Origin: a virus
Taxonomy: Duplodnaviria > Caudoviricetes
Strand: one strand, 5' to 3'
Length of the DNA stretch: 55,735 nt
IMG/VR virus record: IMGVR_UViG_3300045837_000211
Coordinates: 1-55,735 of that record
The notes below the pieces were generated by a model. It saw only the letters and a list, made by a program, of their open reading frames with translations. It searched no databases and was not told the origin of the DNA. The position numbers and the translations under genes were made by a program. Positions 17,369 to 27,560 of the stretch are shown piece by piece; position 1 is the stretch's first letter; the number at the start of each line of letters is the position of its first letter.

Positions 17369-18753
17369 GCAGGCTCACTGAAAGGCTCAGGAAGTTGAAC
17401 CCGTTCGGTCGCGCGCGGAAGTCGCTGCGCGACTCGACGTCGGGCGCGAGCTTCGTCGTCGTGCGCCTCGGCGAGCGGGGCGACACGACGCGGCTCTTCC
17501 GCAAGCCGGACGTGAAGACGCTCAGGAACATGGCGGAGCACTCGGTCTGGGTGCGCGCGGCGATAGACTATTACCGCGCGACCGTCGGCGGGGCGGCGGC
17601 GCAGATCGTCCCGTTCGACGAGTCGCGCCCCGTCAATGACCGCGTCAAGCGCGACATCGAAAAACTGCTGAGGCGGCCCAACCAGACCGGCGACTCCTAC
17701 TCGACCATCAAGAAGCAGATGATCGAAGACTTCCTCGTCGTCGGTCACGGCGCGGTCGAGAAGGAGATTCGCCGCGACGGCGCTCCGCGCGCCATGTCGG
17801 TCATCGACGCCGCCACGCTCGCCTTCGTCGAAGGATGGACGGGCAAGGACCCGCGAATGCCGCGCTACGCGTTGCTGCGCTCGGACGGCACGCTCCAGAG
17901 GACGCTTGCCGACCTCCACGTGATGGCGATGGTCAACCGCCCGCGTTCCTATGACAAGCTGGGGCTCTCGCACGTGGAGACGCTCTACAAGGCGGTGATG
18001 GCGCTCCTGGAGGCGGACGACTACCTTCTGCGGCAGATCACCGACGCCGCGCCGTCGGGCGCGCTCGACCTCGGCGAGGGGACGACGCAGGAGCAGGCCG
18101 ACCAGATGCGCCAGTCCATCCAGGCCGTGCGCAAGGCCTTCGTCGTCATCGGCGGGACGAAGGGCGCGAAGTTCCTGCGCTTCAACGCGACCGAGCGTGA
18201 GATGCGCCTCCTGGACCAGCAGGTCTGGTTCGTCCGCCAGGTCGCGGCCATCTTCGGTATGAGTACGGCGAAGCTCCGTCTGGCCGTCGACCTCAGCCGC
18301 GCCAACGCCGGCGAGATGCTCGACGACGACCAGGAGGGCCCGAACGCGCTCCTCTGGGACATCCGCGAGACCGAGCAGGCGAAGATCGTCGAGTGCTTCG
18401 GGCCGGTCGAGGAGCACAACTGCCAGATTCACTACGCCATCCTCAACAAGCGCGACGAGCGCAAGCAGGCGGAGGTGACGAAGATTCAGATCGGCGGCGG
18501 CTCGTGGGTCTCCATTAACGAGGCGCGCCGAGACGCCGGAAAGCCCCTGATCGAAGGCTTGAAGGTGGCGGACGAAGTTCTGGTGCCGAACACGAAGGGC
18601 GTTCCCATCCCTCTCTCGCTTCTCGAAGAGATGCACTTCGGCGGCGGCGACGGAAGCGGTGAGGGAGATGAGGGCGACGGCGGGAAAGGTAAGGCCGGCG
18701 AAGGCGAGCACGATGAAGAGGAAGAGGGTGAGTCACTCGACGAGGCCGCGTGA
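17365..18753 (+). CDS. Portal protein (HK97-like)
   Basis: LLRRPN, GLS.VE, VAAIFG, SINEAR...G..LIEG. Confidence 0.9.
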   Translation: MSRLTERLRKLNPFGRARKSLRDSTSGASFVVVRLGERGDTTRLFRKPDVKTLRNMAEHSVWVRAAIDYYRATVGGAAAQIVPFDESRPVNDRVKRDIEKLLRRPNQTGDSYSTIKKQMIEDFLVVGHGAVEKEIRRDGAPRAMSVIDAATLAFVEGWTGKDPRMPRYALLRSDGTLQRTLADLHVMAMVNRPRSYDKLGLSHVETLYKAVMALLEADDYLLRQITDAAPSGALDLGEGTTQEQADQMRQSIQAVRKAFVVIGGTKGAKFLRFNATEREMRLLDQQVWFVRQVAAIFGMSTAKLRLAVDLSRANAGEMLDDDQEGPNALLWDIRETEQAKIVECFGPVEEHNCQIHYAILNKRDERKQAEVTKIQIGGGSWVSINEARRDAGKPLIEGLKVADEVLVPNTKGVPIPLSLLEEMHFGGGDGSGEGDEGDGGKGKAGEGEHDEEEEGESLDEAA

Positions 18754-18780
18754 ATTTTTTCGATCAGGAAATTTTTGTTT

Positions 18781-18811
18781 TTGCGTTTAGACCTCGGCGG
18801 TATGTTAGCCT
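18781..18811 (+). promoter_or_regulatory. Putative late promoter 3 (TTGCGTTTAGAC-N13-TAGCCT)
   Basis: Same 12-mer and spacing; precedes the protease/capsid genes. Confidence 0.7.
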
Positions 18812-19030
18812 CTTCACCTGTAAGGAATAGTTACCGCGCCGCAGGGCACCAGAGCCTAAGCGCACTTTCTTCACTTCCCCGTCCGAGACTTCAGACGATG
18901 AAATAGCAGAATCCGACGCCCGCCGCATTAAGCACTCGCCCCGCGCCCGGCCGGCGACCGTCTTCGGCGCCGCGCAGGGCGCGGGGCGGCCCGCGCCCCC
19001 TCCGCCATCAACGGCCTCACTTGTCAGCGA

Positions 19031-20485
19031 ATGCCCGCAGCCGACGTTCAACCAGAAGAGCAGAACCAGCCGGCTGAGGTGACTTCGGCGATCCCGCGCT
19101 GGACGCCGGAGTTCGACGTCAAGAGCTTCAACCTCCAGGCGGTCCTGCGCGAGGCCTCGGCGCAGAAGAAGTCGGTCGGCGAACTCCTCAAGTCGCTCGA
19201 CTATCCCGTCGCGGAGCTGACCGCCACCGACCTCACGGAGTCGAAGGACGCGGGCACCATCCCCGCCTCCGCTTCGAGCACGGCCTCGGACCTGGCCGGC
19301 GACGACTTCGAAGTCTCGGCGCTCGAACAGATGCGTGACGCCGCGCGCGGCACGACGGTCTTTTTAAATCACGAGTACAACGTCCCCGAGGACGTCTACG
19401 GTAGCGTCGCCGCAGTAGAGCTGGCGACCCGCCGCGCCTTCAACCCGCTCACGGAGCGGCAGGAGGACATGACGTTCCTCGACATGGACATCGCTCCGGT
19501 CGGGGCAGACGAGAACCCGCGCGCCGTCCAGACGACGAACATGCGCAAGGCGGGCATCCGCCTGGGCGTCTCCGTCACGGTACTCGTCCTCGCTTACAGG
19601 GAGCGCGAGGGCGGCGGGCGCACCATCACCCGCGTCTACTACCTCGAGTGCTCCATCGTCGGCATCCCCTGCAACCAGACCGCGTGGTTGCGCGACGACG
19701 CAAAATCTTTCACCCCGGCAACACCCAAGAGCCTACCCACTATGACCGGAACTCAAAACAAGTCAGCGGCCATCACCGGAGCGACCGGGGCCCCCTCTTC
19801 GACGGCAGCCGAGGGCGAAAAGCCTTCCGCGCCCGTGCCCGACTGGAAGACGGCGCTCGCCACCGCGAAGGCCATGTTCGCCGACGTGCTCGAAGAGAAC
19901 CAGAACAACATCTGGCTCTTCATGGACAGCTTCTACACCGTCTACCGGAGTCTCATCCGGGAGGCGCGCGGCAAGTCGGGCGACGCGCTCAACGGTGTCG
20001 CCGCCAACGCCAACGACTCCGTCGACGAGTTCGCCGCGGAGTTGAAGCAACTTCTCGCCGACGAGATCAACGAGGCCTCGACGCAGGAGACCTCGGACAT
20101 CCCCTACTACGCCTATTACAGCGTCGTCGGTCGCTTGCACGGGCTGGTGCAGAAGTCGGGGGCGCGCAACAGCAAGGCCGACCAGGCGCTCTTGAACAAG
20201 GCGCACGACTGCATAGTCGAGGCCGGCGGCGTCTGCTCGCACAAGTCGGCTGAGACGGCGGACGAATCGGAAGGCGGCCCCGCCGCGGACGAATCGAAGC
20301 AGGCGTCTTTCGGCGAGGGCCAGGCGAAGGTCGCCGAACTCGAAGCCAAGATCGCGAGCCTCACCGAAGAGCTCGCCGCCGCGGTCGAGATGGCCGAAGC
20401 GCTGGGGGACGAACTCAAAGAGTCGCGCGAGACGAGCGAGATGGCCGTCGAGGCGCTCGAAGCAATCGGCAGGGAGCCGGTGTAA
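19031..20485 (+). CDS. Prohead protease / scaffold fusion
   Basis: DLAGD, VFLNH, GVSV, ECSIVGIPCN HK97-type protease motifs; C-terminal coiled coil. Confidence 0.8.
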   Translation: MPAADVQPEEQNQPAEVTSAIPRWTPEFDVKSFNLQAVLREASAQKKSVGELLKSLDYPVAELTATDLTESKDAGTIPASASSTASDLAGDDFEVSALEQMRDAARGTTVFLNHEYNVPEDVYGSVAAVELATRRAFNPLTERQEDMTFLDMDIAPVGADENPRAVQTTNMRKAGIRLGVSVTVLVLAYREREGGGRTITRVYYLECSIVGIPCNQTAWLRDDAKSFTPATPKSLPTMTGTQNKSAAITGATGAPSSTAAEGEKPSAPVPDWKTALATAKAMFADVLEENQNNIWLFMDSFYTVYRSLIREARGKSGDALNGVAANANDSVDEFAAELKQLLADEINEASTQETSDIPYYAYYSVVGRLHGLVQKSGARNSKADQALLNKAHDCIVEAGGVCSHKSAETADESEGGPAADESKQASFGEGQAKVAELEAKIASLTEELAAAVEMAEALGDELKESRETSEMAVEALEAIGREPV

Positions 20486-20570
20486 GGCGCTCACCTCTGG
20501 GGCCGCACCCCGCTCCCCTCACGCCACACAACACACCACAGGATTTTTCTAAAAGGAGACTGACGCCACT

Positions 20571-22070
20571 ATGGCAGACCAGCAGCCGACGACGCGCGAG
20601 CGTCTTCAGGCGATTATGAAGAAGCTCGACAACGGGGCCGACGCCCGGGCCGCCGCGGGCGCAGGCAGCGGCGCGACCTCGGAAGAGACGAAGCAGGCCT
20701 CCGTCCCTGCCCCGGTGGCCGTGACCTCCAAGACGGGCAGCACACGTTTTGCTGACCCGCTCCGCAAGGCGTTCGAGACGCTCGCCTCCATGCACAAGGG
20801 CTACGCCGTGCTCGGGAGCGAGAAGGCCCTCGCCGACCCGACGGGCTTCCTCATGGAGAAGGACGCCAACAACAACTACAAGGTCAGCAGCGCGCAGCTC
20901 GGGGGCATGATCGCCACGCTCCTGAAGAAGGATTCGGGCAAGGCCGGAGTCCCCTTCGAGGAGTGGGCTGAGCGCTCGGGCCACAAGAGCCTCATCGAGA
21001 AGGGATTCGAGGCGGCGCTCGCCGGCGGCATGTTCGACGCCGACTCGATGGGCGCGATCTCGCGCGCGCTCGACTCGACCGGCGGCTCGGGCGGGCCCCT
21101 CATCCGCGAGGACGTCGAGCAGCTCGTGCGCGTCGGCTACCTCCGCAAGTTCCCCGCCGCCGAGGCCTTCAACGCCGTCCCGGCCAACGGCATCGAGCAC
21201 AGCTACAACGTCGAGACCAGCCCCGGCGACGCCTCGACGCTCGACGAGCTGGGCGACCTCGGCACGGTCGACTCCGACACCTCTTACGAGAGGGACCGGA
21301 CGAACGTCGCCATCCTCGCGACGCGGCGCGCCGTCTCCCTGAAGCTCCAGTTCGCCTCCGCGCAGTCGGGGATGAACTACAACCTCTCGGGGCCGACGAA
21401 CCGCAACGTGATGGGCGGCATCACGGCCATCGCCAACAAGGACCAGTCGCTCGTCTTGCAGGGCAACTACACCGACAACACGGGCACGCTCAACAACGAG
21501 CTTGGGCTCTACGACGCGCTGGGCTTCGACGGCCTGCGCAAGAAGCTCTCCGGCGCCGGCACCTCGATCAACAAGGCGGACGACGAGACCTATCTGCACG
21601 TGATCAACAAGGCGATTGCCGAGATCGCGAACGCGGGCGGCAGCGTCGAGGACACGCTGGTGCTGCGCTCTTACGGCGCTTCGCTGGCGATTGACGCTGA
21701 ACTCCAGCAGTTCTACCGCATCGAGAACGAGACCCCCAAGGGCGGCGTGGACTCGGCGCTTTCGCGCGTCGGCATCCGCAACGTCGCGGGCGCGCTCTCG
21801 AAGTTCACGCCCGTCCCCAGTGGCTCTCAGGGCCAGGGCATCGGCTACTACGACGTGGCCGGCCCCGTGACGATGGAGGACGTCTACGTCTGCGACCCGG
21901 GCGGCATCGAGAAGCCTTACCTGGGAAGCCCGACGCCGACGGTGCTCGAACTCCCCATCGGCTTTAACGGGCGGCTTTCGAGCGTCTACGTCATCTTCTT
22001 GATGACGGGCCTCGCCGTGTTCATCCCCAGCTTCCACCGGAAGATCCGCATCAAGCGCCAGACCGTCTAA
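20571..22070 (+). CDS. Major capsid protein
   Basis: Position; AAGGAG SD; ALDSTGGSGGPLIRED, FDGLRK. Confidence 0.8.
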   Translation: MADQQPTTRERLQAIMKKLDNGADARAAAGAGSGATSEETKQASVPAPVAVTSKTGSTRFADPLRKAFETLASMHKGYAVLGSEKALADPTGFLMEKDANNNYKVSSAQLGGMIATLLKKDSGKAGVPFEEWAERSGHKSLIEKGFEAALAGGMFDADSMGAISRALDSTGGSGGPLIREDVEQLVRVGYLRKFPAAEAFNAVPANGIEHSYNVETSPGDASTLDELGDLGTVDSDTSYERDRTNVAILATRRAVSLKLQFASAQSGMNYNLSGPTNRNVMGGITAIANKDQSLVLQGNYTDNTGTLNNELGLYDALGFDGLRKKLSGAGTSINKADDETYLHVINKAIAEIANAGGSVEDTLVLRSYGASLAIDAELQQFYRIENETPKGGVDSALSRVGIRNVAGALSKFTPVPSGSQGQGIGYYDVAGPVTMEDVYVCDPGGIEKPYLGSPTPTVLELPIGFNGRLSSVYVIFLMTGLAVFIPSFHRKIRIKRQTV

Positions 22071-22169
22071 CCGGCGGCCACTGACGCCTCGGCAGATCTG
22101 CCGCGCGTAGAAACTGCAACGGGGGCGCGGTTTTCGGTAGCGCCCCCAGTCAATTCTTAATTTTCCATC

Positions 22170-22421
22170 ATGGCAAAACAAGATCCTTCAGTTAAGCAGG
22201 GCGCGGTGAGCGCGCGTGACGTGCGCGCGCTCGCCGGTCGCCGCCTCCGGGTCGAGGGCCTCCGCGGCACGTTCAAGGACGTGCGCTTCGGCGAAGACCA
22301 CGTGAGCCAGGGGCCGGTCTCGCCGACGACGGAGAAGTCGCTGCGCGCGCAGTTCGGCGAGATGGTCGAGGAAGTCAAGGAAGAGTCCGAGGGCGCCGAA
22401 ACGGAAGACGACTCCAAGTAA
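22170..22421 (+). CDS. Hypothetical head-associated protein
   Basis: Position after the capsid gene. Confidence 0.55.
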   Translation: MAKQDPSVKQGAVSARDVRALAGRRLRVEGLRGTFKDVRFGEDHVSQGPVSPTTEKSLRAQFGEMVEEVKEESEGAETEDDSK

Positions 22422-22427
22422 GAGGCG

Positions 22428-23072
22428 ATGACCCTCCCGACTGACGACCTTTTCGGCTCGCTCTACCTCTCGGAAGACGCGTTCATCCAGAGGGCCCGGA
22501 GCTTCGGCGTGTCTGTCGCCGAGATGGTGCCGGACGACCTGACGCCGACGCTCGCGGTGGCGAGCCGGCTGGTCGAGTCGCACACGGGCCGCCGCTTCCT
22601 CCCCGACGCGGTCAGCGAGACGCACAAGTTCGACCAGAACACGAGGCGCGTCTCCGTCAACCAGCCGCCGGTGATGGAGCTGGTCTCTTACCAGATCGAG
22701 TTCGCGCCCGGCGCGGTCGCCACATTCCGGCCTTCTGACGTCGTCGTCAACAACCAGGAGAACTATCTTGAGCTGGCGTCGCTGGCTTTAGCGACCGGCA
22801 TCGCCGGAGTCATCTACCCCGTCGGGATCACCGACCCGCTCGCGCAGGTCACGTACAAGAGTTACCAGGACGTGCCGTCGGACGTGGCCGCCGCCACCGG
22901 CTTCATCGCGGCGCGGCTACTCCAGCAGGCCGAGGCCAACGAGCTGCTGCCCGCGGGCCTCAGCCGCTCGAAGGTGGGGAGCGAGGACCTCAGCCGCGCG
23001 GGCGACGAGCAGGACATACCTCTCATGGCCGCCAGACTCCTGCGCCGCTACCAGCGCCTCGCCTGCGCATGA
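22428..23072 (+). CDS. Head-tail adaptor
   Basis: ASRLVESHTGRRF, VTY..Y..VP.DV..A, LL..Y. Confidence 0.75.
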   Translation: MTLPTDDLFGSLYLSEDAFIQRARSFGVSVAEMVPDDLTPTLAVASRLVESHTGRRFLPDAVSETHKFDQNTRRVSVNQPPVMELVSYQIEFAPGAVATFRPSDVVVNNQENYLELASLALATGIAGVIYPVGITDPLAQVTYKSYQDVPSDVAAATGFIAARLLQQAEANELLPAGLSRSKVGSEDLSRAGDEQDIPLMAARLLRRYQRLACA

Positions 23073-23455
23073 TTGACAAAGAGACCCAGCGCTACGCCGA
23101 CAACCTCGACCGCGTGCGGCGACGGCGCGCGCCGTGCGCCCGTCTCCAGTTCCTCCGCTTCACCGGCGCTCACGACTACGAGCTGGCCCTCGAAGTGAAG
23201 GAGGGTTGGTTCGCGGAGCTGAAGAAGCGGAGCGAGAGGGACACGGCCGAGGGCAAGCCTGTTTACCTCTCCATCGAGGTCGCTGCGCTGCGCGGCGTTG
23301 ACCTCACGCCTCTTTTGAAAGAGGAGTGGCGGGTCGCCGTCTCGGGCGTCGTCCACACGATTGACAAAGAGTATCTCGCGCCGCCGGTCGTCAGCCCCTT
23401 CGTCTGGACTATTGTGGCCTACCACACCGACGACCGCTTCCCCGCCGAACAATGA
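23069..23455 (+). CDS. Putative head closure protein
   Basis: Position and ATGA coupling. Confidence 0.55.
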   Translation: MIDKETQRYADNLDRVRRRRAPCARLQFLRFTGAHDYELALEVKEGWFAELKKRSERDTAEGKPVYLSIEVAALRGVDLTPLLKEEWRVAVSGVVHTIDKEYLAPPVVSPFVWTIVAYHTDDRFPAEQ

Positions 23456-23877
23456 GTGAAGTGACCGGCTTCAACGCGGCGATAGGGCGCGTGGCGCGGA
23501 TGCGCGACCGCGCGGCCAACCCGCAGCCGGCTCTTACTGACGCGGCTAAGGTCTTCGGCGAGTCCGTCCGCGAGAACTTCGAGGTCGGCGGGCGACCCCC
23601 CTGGAAGCCGCACGCTTTAGCGACGCGGAAAAGAACTTACGGACCGTCGCGCCTGCTGATTCAGAGCGGTGACTTTGAAAATTCGTTCACGCCCTTCGTC
23701 ACGCGCACGACGGCCGGACAGCGCTCTGGGCTCATCTACGGCCCGCGCCAGAACTTCGGCTACAAGGGCGGCCCCGGTCGGGGGCATTCGCCCACGCCGG
23801 CGCGCCCCGTCGCCGTCTACCAGTATGAGGACGAGCGGGAGATCTCGCGCGTCTTCCTCGACCACGTCACGCGATGA
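23452..23877 (+). CDS. Virion morphogenesis protein (Mu gpG / P2 gpS-like)
   Basis: NFEVGGRPPWKP..LAT, LI.SG, NFG, PARP. Confidence 0.8.
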   Translation: MSEVTGFNAAIGRVARMRDRAANPQPALTDAAKVFGESVRENFEVGGRPPWKPHALATRKRTYGPSRLLIQSGDFENSFTPFVTRTTAGQRSGLIYGPRQNFGYKGGPGRGHSPTPARPVAVYQYEDEREISRVFLDHVTR

Positions 23878-24539
23878 CGACACTCACGTTCGGCGAGAAG
23901 GTAGGACGGATCGAGGAGGCGATTGTTGACCTCCTCTTCGGCGGGATGGATTACGTCCGCATCGTCTCGACCTACAACGGCGAGCTGGGCGACCGGCCCC
24001 GACTGGTCGAGGCGCTGAGGACGCTAAAAGGGGACTTCCCCCTGGTGCTCGTCGGCTACACCGGCGGCCCGTTTGAAGAGACTGTCCGCACGCCCGCGCC
24101 GAACGCGCCCCTCGACGAGCGACACCACGGCGGGATAGAGATCGTCTCCTGCTCGGACGACTCGCGCTCGCAGTACAAGCTGGTGCGCGACTCGAAGCCC
24201 TTGACGCGCAAGGACGGACAGGCCCTCTCGCACCGGATGTTCTCCGACGTGATCGCGCTCTTGTCGAACCGCCAACTGACGGCGACCGTCGGCGGGGAGC
24301 AGGTGATCCTCAACGAGGGCGAGCTGATACCGCGGAGCGTCGACTACATCGAGCGCCTGACGGGGATGACCGCCGTCTCGACGACTTTCAGCCTCTACTT
24401 CGATTACACGTCCGCGGACAACCGCGCCGCGCCTTCGGGCGAGATCGCGAGAGTGAATTTCGACATCACGCCGGAGCGCAGCCCGGAGCCGATGAATGAG
24501 CCGCCGGGCGTCTACACGCCGCCACGATTCAGGAGATAG
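23874..24539 (+). CDS. Tail terminator (Mu gp37-like)
   Basis: IEEAIV..L, V.TY.GEL, P.VLV.Y.G; precedes the sheath gene. Confidence 0.65.
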   Translation: MTTLTFGEKVGRIEEAIVDLLFGGMDYVRIVSTYNGELGDRPRLVEALRTLKGDFPLVLVGYTGGPFEETVRTPAPNAPLDERHHGGIEIVSCSDDSRSQYKLVRDSKPLTRKDGQALSHRMFSDVIALLSNRQLTATVGGEQVILNEGELIPRSVDYIERLTGMTAVSTTFSLYFDYTSADNRAAPSGEIARVNFDITPERSPEPMNEPPGVYTPPRFRR

Positions 24540-24543
24540 AACT

Positions 24544-24750
24544 TTGCCGCGAGAGAGAGTCATCAACAGCACGCTTCACCCCGAGATGCTCGAGTCGGGC
24601 CAGGTGCTCGGCGCCGCCGGCACCGCGAGCGCCGCGCGCGAGGACGTCCAGTTGACCGACGGCGACCGACGACGCCTCCGGGGGAAGATCACCGTCATCC
24701 CCGTCGACGAGGCGGAATCGGAAGCCGAAAACGTCGTCGAGTCGGAGTAG
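24544..24750 (+). CDS. Small hypothetical tail protein
   Basis: AGGAG SD before TTG 24544. Confidence 0.5.
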   Translation: MPRERVINSTLHPEMLESGQVLGAAGTASAAREDVQLTDGDRRRLRGKITVIPVDEAESEAENVVESE

Positions 24751-24770
24751 CTTTTAAGCTTCAACCTTGT

Positions 24771-24798
24771 ACTCGTCACTCGTCACTCATCACTCGCC
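24771..24798 (+). repeat. Tandem heptamer (ACTCGTC)x4
   Basis: ACTCGTC ACTCGTC ACTCATC ACTCGCC, intergenic. Confidence 0.85.
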
Positions 24799-24853
24799 GT
24801 CCTGAATCCCCTTCCCTCCGGCCTCGCCGGAAACACAGAAAGGCCACTTCTCG

Positions 24854-26383
24854 ATGATTACAGGTTCGACCACGCCGGGCGTGAACGTGGACGTCAACGA
24901 CGCGCCCGTGTCGCGCGCCGCGCAAAGCCAGCCCGCCTCCAAGGCGATGATCGTCATCAACTCGCTTTGGGGACCGGCCAACGTCGTCACGACGACCTCG
25001 AGCTTCAGCGACAGCGCGCGCCAGTTCGGGCCCCTCGACCCGAACAGCCGCGGGCTTGATTTTCTCTACGCCTACTTCAACGTCTTCGCGGGCTACCTCG
25101 CGCAGGTCGTGCGCGTCGTCGGCCCCGCCGCCACGCTAGCGCACCTCACGATCAAGGACCGCGGCGTGGGCGCGGCGCAGAAGGACACCGTCAAGGTCGA
25201 GAGTAAATACTTCCCCGGCGCAGGGCTCGACGTGCTCGTCACGGTCGAGGACGACGGGGCCGGGTTCGTGAAGATCACCGAGCGCTCGGTCGCCCTGAAC
25301 GTCAAGAAGGTGCACCGCCAGGTCTCGATGGCCGCCGCCGACATCGCGCGCGTCAACCAGGAGGCCGCCCTCATCAAGCTCACCGACCTCGCCTCCACCA
25401 ACCCCGCGCCGACGAACCTGCCGTCGCTGACCGCCGAGACGGCGCTCGCGGGCGGCACGGACGATTTCGCCTCGCTCACGGACGCCAGCTACATCGGCAC
25501 CGACAACGGCGTCACGAAGACCGGCCTCCAGTGCTTCAACACGGAGGACTACGGGACGGGCACCGTGGCGCTGCCCGGCGTGACGACGGAGGCCGCGCGC
25601 GTCGCGCTTTACGCGCACGCCGAAGCCTACCGCCGCCTGGCCGCGCCGGACCTCGCCACGGGACTGACGAAGGACGATGTGGTCGCCGTCCGCGTCGCGC
25701 ACAGCTCGATGTTCGCCTGCCTCCACTGGCCGAACGTGCGGATGCTCGACTTCGCCGGTTCGGGGCTTGAGAAGATTTACCCGACCTCCGGCTTCGTCGC
25801 CGGCGCGATAGCCGAATCGGAAGCGCGGATCGGGGTCTGGCAGGCACCCGCCGGGCAGTTCGGTCGCGTCCGCGGCGCAATCGGCGTGGAGCTTTCCGCA
25901 GCGGGGCAGCCGCAGGTTGACGACTCGACCCGCGGCTACCTGGGCGACAACCAGGTCAACCCCATCGCGCCCTTAAACGGCGACATCAAGCTCTACGACG
26001 ACCTCGTCATCACCGACGACTCGCGCGTCCAGATGATCCACGAGATTCGCGTTTTGAACTACCTCTACTACGCGATCAAGGCGAGCTTGCAGAACCTTCC
26101 CTTCAGGACGATTGACGGCTCTGGCCGCCTCTTCGGCGAGGCCCGCCGCGTGGTCGAGCAGGTCTGCCGCGAGTTGTGGAACAAGGGGCGCGGCGGGCTC
26201 TACGGCAAGACCGAGGCGGAAGCGTTCCGCGTGGTGTGCGATAGCAGCAACAACCCGCCGGAGTCGCTCGACCGGCAGGAGCTGAACGTGGATGTGGACG
26301 TCCGCATCAGCCCGACGGCGCGCCGCGTCAACGTCTCCTTGAACAACCGCCCGATCACGGTTGATTTGAAGACGCTCCAGTAA
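24854..26383 (+). CDS. Contractile tail sheath protein
   Basis: PGVNV, LAGGTD, SGFVAG....GVWQAPAG, GLYG....AFRVVCD.SNN. Confidence 0.95.
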   Translation: MITGSTTPGVNVDVNDAPVSRAAQSQPASKAMIVINSLWGPANVVTTTSSFSDSARQFGPLDPNSRGLDFLYAYFNVFAGYLAQVVRVVGPAATLAHLTIKDRGVGAAQKDTVKVESKYFPGAGLDVLVTVEDDGAGFVKITERSVALNVKKVHRQVSMAAADIARVNQEAALIKLTDLASTNPAPTNLPSLTAETALAGGTDDFASLTDASYIGTDNGVTKTGLQCFNTEDYGTGTVALPGVTTEAARVALYAHAEAYRRLAAPDLATGLTKDDVVAVRVAHSSMFACLHWPNVRMLDFAGSGLEKIYPTSGFVAGAIAESEARIGVWQAPAGQFGRVRGAIGVELSAAGQPQVDDSTRGYLGDNQVNPIAPLNGDIKLYDDLVITDDSRVQMIHEIRVLNYLYYAIKASLQNLPFRTIDGSGRLFGEARRVVEQVCRELWNKGRGGLYGKTEAEAFRVVCDSSNNPPESLDRQELNVDVDVRISPTARRVNVSLNNRPITVDLKTLQ

Positions 26384-26459
26384 ACGGCGAACTTCACCCG
26401 TCCGCGAACCAGCCGCCGCGCCTGTCGGGCGTGGCCGCAACGAGAGAGGAATTTTGTAG

Positions 26460-26900
26460 ATGCCTAATCTGAGGGGCACAGCACAGTACCGCTTCCGCGC
26501 CGGCTTCGACGGCATCGGCGACTTCGCCGCGCTCGAGATCTCCGGCGGCGGCGAGGACCACAAGTCGGAGACGTTGGCCGCCGCGAACCAATCTTACGAC
26601 GACAAGGTTAAGGGAAAGGTCGAGGTCAGCGACCTCGTCATCAAGCTCGCGCTCGGCTACGACCAGGTCGCCATTGACGACCTCAACAAGTGGTTCGACG
26701 ACTTCTTCAACGACGTGGACCCCACGCGCCGCGGCGGCTTCGCCGAAGATTTGGACGAGACGGGCACCACCCCGGTCCTCGCCCGCGAGTTCGTCGGCTG
26801 CTTTCCCGTCAAGCGCGAGCACGACCAGCGCTCGACCGACGGGAAGGGCGTCGCCACGATCTCGTTCACCATCGGGTTTGAGCGCGTCTACTACGCGTAA
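26460..26900 (+). CDS. Tail tube protein
   Basis: 146 aa after the sheath; T4 gp19-like pattern (GCFPVK). Confidence 0.8.
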   Translation: MPNLRGTAQYRFRAGFDGIGDFAALEISGGGEDHKSETLAAANQSYDDKVKGKVEVSDLVIKLALGYDQVAIDDLNKWFDDFFNDVDPTRRGGFAEDLDETGTTPVLAREFVGCFPVKREHDQRSTDGKGVATISFTIGFERVYYA

Positions 26901-26903
26901 CAA

Positions 26904-27560
26904 GTGACGATGATCGAACACTCCATCACGCTCCCTGGCGGCTACCGCAGCCGCGACCCGAAGGACCAAGCGACGCACCGCGAAGTCGTCTTCGGTCGCC
27001 GCCCGACTGTGGCCGACCAGGTCCGTGTCGAGGCGGACTCTCAGTCCGCGCTCGACGTGCAGCAGGTGCTCCTGTACGCGCGCTCCGCCGTCACCAGGTT
27101 CGGGAACTTGCGCCGACTGCCGCCGACTTTGGGCGTCCTCCTCCAGCTCGACGAGATAGACCGCGAGGCGCTCGTCGAGGGCTACGTCGAGTTCATGCGC
27201 GTCTCAATGGGTGAGCGCGTGGCGGAGGAGTTCACGCCCGACTCCTACAAGCTGGCCTTCGGCCTCGAGGTTGACGGCGAAGAATACGACGTCATCGAGT
27301 TCAAGGCCGACCAGCAGCCGCTGACCGGCTACGACGAAGTCCGGCTCGAGCGGCAGCACGGCTCCGGCGCGCGCAAAGACCTGGCCGTGGCCGCGCGCGA
27401 GGCCGTCGCGGTCTCGCAGTCAGAAGGCGCACTCCGGGTCGAGCGCGAAATCTCGGTCGACCTGTTGGAGCGTCTCGACGCCTACGACGGCGCGCAACTG
27501 CTACGGTGGTTCGGCGAACGGAGGGCCTCCTTTCGTCGCTCTCGTCGAGCCGACGGCTGA
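26904..27560 (+). CDS. Tail assembly chaperone (two tandem domains)
   Basis: ITLPGGY....HREV..RRPT..D...L...DR..L, repeated in the second half. Confidence 0.7.
   Translation: MTMIEHSITLPGGYRSRDPKDQATHREVVFGRRPTVADQVRVEADSQSALDVQQVLLYARSAVTRFGNLRRLPPTLGVLLQLDEIDREALVEGYVEFMRVSMGERVAEEFTPDSYKLAFGLEVDGEEYDVIEFKADQQPLTGYDEVRLERQHGSGARKDLAVAAREAVAVSQSEGALRVEREISVDLLERLDAYDGAQLLRWFGERRASFRRSRRADG

Noticed and set aside
18812-19030. Long GC-rich leader before the prohead protease as an ncRNA/tRNA
   Set aside because: It contains a GC hairpin but no tRNA cloverleaf or recognisable family; treated as a 5' UTR
17329-22181. Long antisense ORFs (17329..18711, 20415..22181; likewise 36131..37591 and 41073..42110)
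   Set aside because: Shadow ORFs opposite well-supported genes, expected from high-GC codon bias
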